Part shown: positions 52,468-64,000 of the stretch, in pieces | Layout: each line of letters starts with the position of its first letter | How positions within the stretch are numbered: the first letter of the stretch is position 1 | NCBI RefSeq assembly: GCF_009914755.1 | Contig: NC_060926.1 | Length of the DNA: 64,000 bases | From: the human T2T-CHM13v2.0 reference genome, Homo sapiens | Reading direction: 5' to 3' (one strand) | The notes under the pieces: model-generated | The model's database searches: none | What the model saw: only the letters and a program-made list of their open reading frames with translations | Told to the model about the DNA's origin: nothing | Position numbers and translations under genes: made by a program

Positions 52468-52617
52468 CTGAGGGGCGAGACTGAGAAAAGAACTCCTCCC
52501 CCAGAACCTTCTGAGCCAGCCTTGCAGGGGTAGACAGAAGCCAAAAGGTAGGGGATGGAGTGAGCACTCCAGGCCAGCCCTTCTGACCTCTACTGCCCTG
52601 CCCAGACCCACACATAC

Positions 52618-52741
52618 CGAAAGGAGCCGGAAGACAGGGAGAGGAGTGTGAGTTGATGACGTTGAAGCTCGCCTCCAGGGGCACACATGAAACTGGCAGG
52701 AGCCCAGGTGCTGAGAACAGACCACCATGAGCAGGATAACC
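52618..52741 (-). CDS. SLC23A3: SLC23A3 exon 6 (VILLMVVCSQHLG...PVFRLLS)
   Basis: tcctag|G...TCG|gtatgt. Confidence 0.92.
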
Positions 52742-53074
52742 CTAGGAGACAGAAGGCTTTAGGAGCAAGAGGCAGTGGGTATCCTGAGGGATGGGAAAGG
52801 AGGTGGGAGTGGGCAGAATATCATAAGAGCGGGGGGTGATACCAGAGAAGGAAACTCCCATGGAAGGAATAGGAAGTGACCTTGGGGGACAGCAGAAAAC
52901 AGTGTGAAATTCAAGGAGACCAGATGAATCAAGGAAAAGTCTTGGATTCCAAATATAAAATATGTCCCTATTCCAGTCGCTGCTGAATCTGATAGGACCA
53001 GCAGTTCTGCCCTCCCCTAGTCCCCCCATACACCCCCACTGGGCACCATCCCACGCCTCTCAGGACTCACGTAC

Positions 53075-53256
53075 AGCAAGGCCAACCCCCAGTGTGTGAA
53101 GCAGAACTGGGCTACCTCCCTGTGGGCAGAGAGCCCTGCCACAACCAGGCTGGGAGCCAGCACCAGGGGCCCACAGTGGGGGAACACGTGGCCGGGACTC
53201 CCCAGCAGCCCCATCATGCCCTGCAGCAGCCCAGATACTACCACTGCCCCGGACAC
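53075..53256 (-). CDS. SLC23A3: SLC23A3 exon 5 (VSGAVVVSGLLQGMMGLLG...HWGLAL)
   Basis: taccag|GTG...GCT|gtacgt; phase 2 is required by exon 6. Confidence 0.9.
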
Positions 53257-53451
53257 CTGGTAGAAGAGAGGAGAGGATGGAGAGAAAACATTCTGCTCAA
53301 TCAAACTGGCCTCAGCCTGGTCTTCCTAATTCTAAGTATGGGTTCCTCCCAAAACTCCTTTCCAGGAGCATCTCAGTCTGTGCATAATGGAAACAAGAGC
53401 CCCCCCCAAGCCTGGCACCACCCTTATCCCTTCTCACCTCCAGATACCCAC

Positions 53452-53525
53452 CTCCTGGAGAGAAGTGTTCCAGTGCCCCAGGCCATGGCAGCTAGGTCCC
53501 CTACAAAGGTGCAGCATGAGGGAGG
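53452..53525 (-). CDS. SLC23A3: SLC23A3 exon 4 (SLMLHLCRGPSCHGLGHWNTSLQE)
   Basis: ccctag|CC...GAG|gtgggt; phases are consistent. Confidence 0.88.
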
Positions 53526-53731
53526 CTAGGGAAAGTTTGGGGCATGGAGAAGAGAAGGGTGAATGGAATGGAGACCCATTGCTCTACAGTCCCACTCCTG
53601 GCACAGGTCCAAGCCCCCTATAGTGTCACAGTCTCACCACTGCCCAATCTCAATTCCGCACCCACCTACACCTGCATGCTCAGATGAGAACCCAGCCCCA
53701 CCCTTACCCCTTGCCCTTGCTCTGTGCTCAC

Positions 53732-53829
53732 AGTTTCCAGGTGTCTGGATGGCCCGGGGTAGCTTCTGGCTGGTCAGCACCAGAGCAGGGATAAGGAACT
53801 CTAAGGATGGAGCCTGGACAAGAGGCAGC
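53732..53829 (-). CDS. SLC23A3: SLC23A3 exon 3 (RLPLVQAPSLEFLIPALVLTSQKLPRAIQTPGN)
   Basis: ctacag|G...ACT|gtgagc; GxRLP motif of NAT TM3; alternative donor 24 nt further on. Confidence 0.9.
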
Positions 53830-53943
53830 CTGTAGGAACAGCAGCCCCAGCAGGTCTGGGACTATGTGGCAGCCAGCAAGGCTCCCCCAAACCTCTCCTA
53901 CCCTCCAGGACTCTGCCCCTCTCTCCAGGGAGGTTCCTCTCAC

Positions 53944-54101
53944 CTGCTGCCCATCCAAGTTTGCAGGATGGTAGACATACCACATGAAAAGAAGCTGGAG
54001 GCCAGGAGCTGAGAAGGGGAGTAAGAGAGTCCTCCTGGGGAGAGACTGCAAAGCAGGAGCAGGTGGGAGACACAGAGCAGAGAAGCCATGACCAAGACAT
54101 G
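53944..54101 (-). CDS. SLC23A3: SLC23A3 exon 2 (HVLVMASLLCVSHLLL...STILQTWMGS)
   Basis: ctgcag|CAT...CAG|gtgaga; completes the conserved TM1 QH motif. Confidence 0.93.
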
Positions 54102-54245
54102 CTGCAGGTGGAGGAATGGGGAGGGCAGTCTTCAGAGAAGTGGAAATACCTACAATACTTCCAGAGGCTTTCACATGCCACATCTACACCTACTTCCCCA
54201 CACACACCATCAGGCAGCACCAACTCCTGCACCTCTGCCTCCTAC

Positions 54246-54407
54246 CTGCAGAGCCAGAAGACAGCTGAGGCCCCAAGGCAGAGATCCACACAAAGGGTCC
54301 CAAGAGTGGGTGGAGGGATTCTGGGGAGCAGGTGGAGGCAAGGGGGCCAGGGCATCCTGGGAGCCCACTGATCGGAGTTGGCTGGGATTGAGGGGTGATC
54401 GGCTCAT
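54246..54407 (-). CDS. SLC23A3: SLC23A3 (SVCT3, nucleobase-ascorbate transporter family) exon 1 coding part (MSRSPLNPSQ...LLALQ)
   Basis: ATG at 54407 (GGCAGCATG); CAG|gtagga donor. Confidence 0.9.
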
Positions 54408-54852
54408 GCTGCCTTGCCTTTCGCTTTGTCTTGGCTGCCCGGGACCAGAGTTAAGTAGAGAGAGTAAGAGGTCAGAGTTTGGGTGAAGCCTGGGGTGGGG
54501 AGAAGGTGGGGAGAGGGTGGGGGTGTCAATGAAGCGGAGCAAAGGTATAAGGAATTTGGGGCAGGGCACCACCCTTTCACCTTTGCCCAGCTGTTGTGCA
54601 AATTCCATCAGCCATTAACTGGGGAGCTGAGTTCTGGGGCCCTCCCCCGAGAATCTTCTTCCAGATTTCCTGCCCCTAGACCAGGCTGTAGAAAGTAGGA
54701 TAGGAGGGGTGGGGAGGAGAGGAGCTCTTCAAAATAATATGGGGAAATTTTGCAGACTTTATTCCCTCCCATTTAAAACTATCACTATTTGATCCACAGT
54801 CCTCACCCCTTTCAGAACCAAGGCCCCTGGACTACTTCAAAATGAAACTTGT

Positions 54853-55237
<385 letters not shown>

Positions 55238-56335
55238 TTATAATAACATGTATTTCATTACGTGAAGGCTTAAGCACAACTAAGCCAGAAGACAATAAAG
55301 TACAATGAAGTAGTCCAATCCCACACCCTATGAGAATTGCTGTGGTTGCAATAGCTGCAATGCCAGCTGATATTGGTGCTTTATCGGTGACTCTGATGTT
55401 GGTAACCCGATTTTCAAAATGGCAAACAAACTCTTGGTTAAGGTGCCAAGCAAAATAAAGTCGTCTTAATTTACATGGGAATGAATTCCTAGCAAACTGA
55501 GTCTTTTCAAAACGCACAAACGCTATTTCACGTTTACATGTGCAAAGACAGTTCTAGGCTCAGATAAACAGGGTTTTCATATACATAAAGCTGGTCATTC
55601 AAAAGTTGTCTTGGGAATTCTTCACAGTACGGGAGGTCTGAGCATTTCATGATGTCTAGCATCCCGCCCAGGTTGACGAAATGCCAGTAGCACCCCATCC
55701 CCTTGAATCCTTTTGACAATGAAAAAATAGCCCATAAATTTCCAAAATGCCCCCTAGGGGGCAGAACCACTTCTTCCGTGAAGTATCCTCAGCAGTCCCA
55801 AATACCCTCAGCCAAGCTGCCCAGACTGTTTTCCTTCCTCCAGTGATGACCCAGCCTTGGAGTTCTTCAAGTTCTTGGAATTGTTAAGCACCATGTGACC
55901 ATCACCATGTGTCAGACCAGTGAGGAGGTCAGGAGAGAGAAGCGTCCTCGTGGCTTGCCCTCAGGAGCTCACAAGGCTCTGCTGGTTACAAGGCCTGGCC
56001 CCTCTCCACGAGATGTGCTTTGGGATCCACAAGGAGAGTGCTTACCCAGAACAAGTGACAGACAAGGCCAACTCAGGGACAGGACAGTCACCGTGTGTGT
56101 CCCATGGCATCCCAAGTTGAGCAGTGCTAGGGCCCAGGGTCCTGGGAGCAGGAACAAAGTTGGAAATGGAAGCCTATGCCTATCAAACGATAGGAAAGTC
56201 CTGAGATGAGGCTGAGAAAACAGTTTGTGAGATGACAGGATCAGGAAGCAGGGAGGCTTGGAAGGCAGATACAGGGAGGAAAAATCTTCAAGGGCTGCCG
56301 CAGAAGGAAAAGTCCAGGCCATGCAACTGAAACTG

Positions 56336-56341
56336 TTTATT
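56336..56341 (-). terminator. CNPPD1: Likely CNPPD1 polyadenylation signal AATAAA
   Basis: TTTATT on + strand ~670 nt after the stop codon. Confidence 0.7.
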
Positions 56342-57010
56342 GAAACCTCAGTTCTACAAAAGCGTGAAAAACCCTGATACAAAGCAGTGGCCAGAGAGGC
56401 CTGGGAAGAGAATACCTGGGAGAAGAACCAGAAGAGAGGGAAACCTAGGAGCAGGACACTAAGAGAAGACTGGAAGACAAAAGATCAGGGTTGAAGGTCC
56501 CAGCAGTCCTTGGCTCCATTAGACTAAAGCTAAGGAATGGGAGTGAAAAGGGTTCCCTGCCTCACCCAGCAGCTCCCACCTGAACCCATCAGTCCCCGGC
56601 TCTTCTGCCTCAGGGACATCACACAGGCCCATGCCAACATTTCCTTTCTCCTCTCACCCCACTTCCCTTATCTCCCACCTATACTCTTCCATCCTAGGGA
56701 AATCAAAAGTAAAAGTCTAAAAAATCCCAGGGAGGCAGAGAGGGGCTTCTATGTCCATCTGGGACATGTCCCTGGTCACCAAGCGGAAGCTCTCCCTGGT
56801 GGCATCACTGTCCTGGCCAAGCAGCCAGCCACTGCGATCTAGGAGTGAATTACCTTCAGTCCTTCTGCCCCACCACCCCATAAGCTCCCACCCAGGAGGA
56901 CAGGGGACCTGCCAAGGACCCAGCGAGGCAGACAGGATCTGAATCAAGCTTTGCTCCTCCAGGTTCTCAGAAACTCCCAAACCCTCTTAATGCATTCCTC
57001 ACAGCCCTAC

Positions 57011-57589
<579 letters not shown>

Positions 57590-57753
57590 TTAACACATTC
57601 ACCCCTTGTCTCTAGAAATCTGTGTTCCAGTTGGAGGTCTCTATAGCCATTTACACCCCACTCTGCCCATCTATTCCCAACCCCATCTCCTGGGCTTTTC
57701 AGCAATCACTTCACACCATCCCACCCTACACACCGGCCTGCTCAAGCTCCCTA

Positions 57754-57954
<201 letters not shown>

Positions 57955-58055
57955 TCATACCACTCAGGACCCACCAGGAAACACTGGGAAGCCTGTTAAA
58001 CCCAGATTCCTAGGCTATCTGCTGATCTAGAAACTAAGGGTGAGACCAAGACCTA

Positions 58056-58364
58056 TATTTTATTTATTTTTATTTATTTATTTTGTTAAGACAGGATCTT
58101 GCTGTCTCCCAGGCTGGAGTGCAGTAGTGCAATCATAGCTCACTGCAGACTCAACATCCTGGACTCAAATGATCCTCTTGTCTCAGCCTCCTGAGTAGCT
58201 GGGATTATGGGTGTACACCACTGCATCTGGCTAGTATTTTTTTCTGGTAGGGTCAGGCATCTTGCTATATTGCCCAGGCTGGTCTCGAACTCCTGGACCC
58301 AAGTAATCCTCCAGCCTCACCCTCCCAGAGTGCTAGGATTATAGACATAACTACCATACCCACC
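58056..58364 (-). mobile_element. Alu SINE (AluJ-like)
   Basis: Reverse Alu in CNPPD1 intron 6. Confidence 0.85.
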
Positions 58365-58569
58365 CAATACATGTATTTTAAATAAGCTGCTTCTCACCTT
58401 CCCAAAGGTGATGAAGAAGAGGACAGATGGGTCTGGGAACCACTATCTGGGCAATTCTCTTTCTTGTCTCCTCCCTCCCCCAGTTACACAGACTCTCATC
58501 TCTAGCTCCTATGGCTGAGGACTCAGCCCCCAAATCCCTCGAGCCCTTCTTCCCAACTCCTAGAACCTA

Positions 58570-58680
<111 letters not shown>

Positions 58681-59157
58681 TCATTTAATAATAAGAGCCA
58701 TAGCAGCAACTACAACCGCCCCTATGGCTAATGCATATTTGGCACTTACCATGTGCCAGATACTGTCTCAAAAGTTTTTACACATTAACTCATTGAATCA
58801 CCACCTGCCTGGTTTCACATTATACTCTCCACTAAGCAAGAGGGGAGAAAATGACCCTGAGAATGGTCTGTGTCCACAGGGAGCTAAACATCTAGGGGCA
58901 GAGAAAGTATGGACACAAATATTCAGAACCCAATAGGATAAACTCTGACTCAGAGTGTACCCTGTGGGGCCCTGCAGGAATAGAGGAGGCGAGGAAATGT
59001 TCTGCTCTTGGCCTTACTGCTCTACGAATCTCCAAAAACTGGTTAGTACTGAAGAGATAGGAAAGGAAGACACTAACACAAAGGCAGGAGGAGGACAGGA
59101 AGAGAAATGACGAACCAACAGAAGACTGAGAGAGAACAAAGGACTAAAGGACGGTTA

Positions 59158-59550
<393 letters not shown>

Positions 59551-59642
59551 TCACTAATTAAACCCAAGGGTCCTTCAGCTCTTGCAAGTCTTATGATGCT
59601 CGTTCCTGTCTTTACCTCTTATCTTTGGAAAAAAACTATTCC

Positions 59643-59956
<314 letters not shown>

Positions 59957-60014
59957 ACGATTCCCCTTTCTCTAGGGCCCAAACACTCTCATCCTATCCT
60001 CATTTCCAGGCTCA

Positions 60015-60284
<270 letters not shown>

Positions 60285-60645
60285 TCATTCTAACAGGAAA
60301 GCTTATTGCCCTGTCACATCAAACTATCCAGATTTATCTGTCACTGCTGTTCATCTGTGGCATAAACATGCCTTGTTTACTTGGGGAACATATGATGGAT
60401 ATCCTTCGAAAATTAGCTTTTCAATATATAAATCAAGAGTGATTTGTATAGATATATGTGGCAGCAATGTTTTTTATTCATTTGGGCTAAAAGAATGGGA
60501 AATGCAAACTGCCCTCTTGAACCAAGTACCAACGAGCTAGCAATGAAGAGACAGTGTAGCCACGGGGCAAACCTCGAGCCATTTTCTGCCTGATGACAAT
60601 CCCATTTTCATGCTTCTCACTTGTCCAGTCACACAACACTGCCTA

Positions 60646-60876
<231 letters not shown>

Positions 60877-61017
60877 TTACCCAGACCCGCGTTCTGTAAA
60901 TCGCTTGCCAATGGCAGCCTGGTCCAGAGGGAGGAATGCCCCCACCCCCATCGAGGGTTCCCCGGGAGAAGTTCTCCGAGAAGGGCCCTCGTGTGGCCAC
61001 CCCTACGCCCATTCCTA

Positions 61018-61482
<465 letters not shown>

Positions 61483-62780
61483 CTAGGCCCGGGAAGGGAG
61501 GTGTCAAGCGTCCGTGCGACGCTCACCTCGCGGAGCAGAAAGGAGATGCGGCTGCGAGGCGCGTACTCCGCCTGTGCCGCGTCCGCCCGGCGTTTACAAG
61601 CCGCGGGGGTGCCGCCTGCAAGTCAGCGCCTGGCACTTCCTGCCGCCCATCTGGCCCAGCCTCCCGCCCCGACCCGCGGGCAGGAACCGGACTCGAACTC
61701 CTGGTCTCACGGAACGTGGCCAAGCCCCAGGCGCCTCTGTCTGAGAAATGGGGACAATTCGTAGGGGGGACCACGCCGCACTGAGGATGAACAAGCCAGG
61801 CGTAGCAATGGAGAAGTTAATGTGAATAAGACGAAACGCACAACAGGAAGTTGTTCCCAGTTGCTTTTTAGGAGAGATATTATACATACTCAGCAATGCA
61901 TATGAAAAGCGTCTGAAAGGACACACAGGAAATTTAGCAGTGGGTGAACTATGAAAAGGAAGAGAAACTCAGGGTGTTTTTTTTTTTTACTGTAATTTGA
62001 ACTTTTAAACCTAAGGCTACTGAGGAAATTCTGTGATCTTAAGCGAATGTAAGGCCTCAAAACGTGTCAACACGTCCACCCAAAAGTAAACTGCATCTAC
62101 CCAAGGTTTTGTGTTGAAACCCACCTCCCGCCTCCGATCTCATGCTTGAGTAGGCCGAGGTGGGAAGAAGCTCCGATATGTGGAAGTGGGAAAGTTTAAG
62201 GAGATAGGAAAGAAACAACTTTTCTGAGTAGATGTTGTTTTCGAGTCTGTCGAGTCAAGCGCTGGTGTGTGTTTGTTTACCCACTGAGGGGAGGGAACTG
62301 GGAGGACCAGTGCGTTGAGGGTTGGTTGAGTCATGGGACGGCCACCGCCCTTCCCGAGCGAGCAGAAGCAGACCCTACCAGGGATACTGGGAATCTGGAA
62401 GCCCACTTCCTGCCCCACACGGGGATACCGGGGCAGCACCACACTCCCTAGCCGCCCTGCCTACTGTGGGATAAGAAAACGGGCTCGACTGCCTGGACCT
62501 AGACCCGGACTCGGAACCCGGGGTACTTCGTCAACCAGAAAACGAACCTGTGTAGGCGCAGTGTCAGCGGCAGCCGCCGGGGCGCATGCGCGGCCCGCCC
62601 TATCCGGGGGGGGGGGTGGTTAGGCCGCGTCACGTGACGGGCTCAGCGCTCCGCAGTCACGTGACGCTCGTCCGCAACCTCTGCTGTCCTCCGCGGCGCC
62701 CCCTTCCGCCTGACGCGCCCCCGGCGGCGGCCGCGCAGCCCTGGCTCCTCGCGGGCTCGGGCGGCGGCTGCGGCGGGGCT

Positions 62781-63061
62781 ATGGCGAGCGGCGGTGGCGG
62801 GGGTAACACTGGCGCGGGTGGGGGGCCGGGGATGGGCCTGAGCCTGGGCCTGGGTCTGGGTCTGAGCCTAGGCATGAGTGAGGCCACCAGTGAGGCAGAG
62901 GAGGAGGCGGCCACGGCCGAGGCGGTGGGACGCCTGGCCACGACGCTGTGGCTGCGGCTCCGCGGCTGGGAGGCGGTGCTGGCGGCGGCGCAGCGGTTGC
63001 TGGTGTGGGAGAAGCCGCTGCACAGCCTGGTCACGGCGGCCGCGCTCAACGGCCTCTTCTG
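62781..63061 (+). CDS. RETREG2: RETREG2/FAM134A (reticulophagy regulator 2) exon 1 ([23 protein letters not shown]...[11 protein letters not shown]...NGLFW)
   Basis: GGGGCTATGG start; TG|gtaacg donor; FAM134 reticulon-homology start motif L.WE.P..S. Confidence 0.94.
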
Positions 63062-63349
63062 GTAACGGCCGCGGAGGAGGGGGCGGGGCCGGGATGAGCG
63101 GGGGAGGGAGGGGTCGAGAGCACCATTCCCCTTTCTGGGTTATCACTTGGCCTGGGGGCATGACCCATCCCCAGTTTTTGCAGGCTGACATCCGCTTGAA
63201 TTGCCCATTTTTTTCTATCTCTGAGTCGTGAGTCGCGAGTTAGGCCTGGAGGTGCCATTACCCCATCAGTAGGCGCCTTTCCACCTTCTGAGATGGATGC
63301 ATGAGCCTGTCTCACCCACTCACTGCTGAGGTGCCTGTCTCTCCCTAAG

Positions 63350-63456
63350 GTTGCTGTCTTCCTCGTCCCTCCGGCCCTTCTTCCTACTCAGCGTCTCACT
63401 TTTGGCCTATTTTCTGCTGGATCTCTGGCAGCCTCGCTTTCTCCCTGACGTTTCAG
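63350..63456 (+). CDS. RETREG2: RETREG2 exon 2 ([35 protein letters not shown]); the gene continues beyond the window
   Basis: ccctaag|G...CAG|gtgagt; phase 2 matches exon 1. Confidence 0.92.
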
Positions 63457-63639
63457 GTGAGTGTTTCTTCATTCAGTAAGCACCCATTGGGTACTTGCTT
63501 GGTGCCTGATTCCGCTGGGTGGGGTTAAGTGGCGAGGGGAACGTACAGCAGGCCACCTGCCTCCCAGGCATGGCCCACTTCCTTTTTGTACGGAATTCCC
63601 TAAAATGAGAATTGCCCCTTTCCCAAACTAATACTACTG

Positions 63640-63880
63640 TAGGTGCAGTGGTTAAGATGGTGAAGTCTGCAGCCATATTACCTGGGTTCCATTCTCTGTT
63701 CTGCCATTTACCATTGCTGTGACCTTGTAAAAGTAGCTCAATTTCTGTTTGTCTCAATTTCCTTATCTGTAAAACACAGATGATAGAACTTACTTCATAG
63801 AGAGGTGAGGAGAGGATTAATGAGTTAATACACATGCTATACTTATGATAGTGTTTCACATATAAGCCTTATAAATAGAA
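63640..63880 (+). mobile_element. MIR SINE
   Basis: MIR core (gctgtgaccttg...ctcaatttccttatctgtaaaa...gaggattaatgagttaata). Confidence 0.7.
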
Positions 63881-64000
63881 CGTCAGTGTTGTTTTTCTTG
63901 TTATCCATATAATTTACTTAGTAGGTGACAGGCTGTATGTGAGTTGCTTGGGAGATAAGCATGAGTAAAATCTAGTTCTTATGTTGGAGAAGGGTAATGT

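Overview
Human (primate) genomic DNA that I recognise from its encoded proteins as the 2q35 NHEJ1-SLC23A3-CNPPD1-RETREG2 cluster. Minus strand: the 5' part of NHEJ1/XLF (non-coding exon 1 and coding exons 2-5, with 1-31059 inside the very large next intron, known to hold IHH enhancers), the complete 12-exon SLC23A3 (610 aa) and the complete 8-exon CNPPD1 (410 aa). Plus strand: exons 1-2 of RETREG2/FAM134A, head-to-head with CNPPD1 across a CpG island. I placed all exon boundaries by hand on GT-AG sites and the exon phases add up to intact ORFs. The rest is mostly Alu, MIR, L2, MLT1 and hAT fossils plus simple repeats (repeat ends are approximate). I see no wholly new biological system. The best leads are a frame-compatible CNPPD1-SLC23A3 read-through, tandem CLEAR elements at RETREG2, a recursive-splice-like SLC23A3 exon, candidate IHH enhancers and a palindromic TA/GC higher-order repeat in NHEJ1 intron 1.
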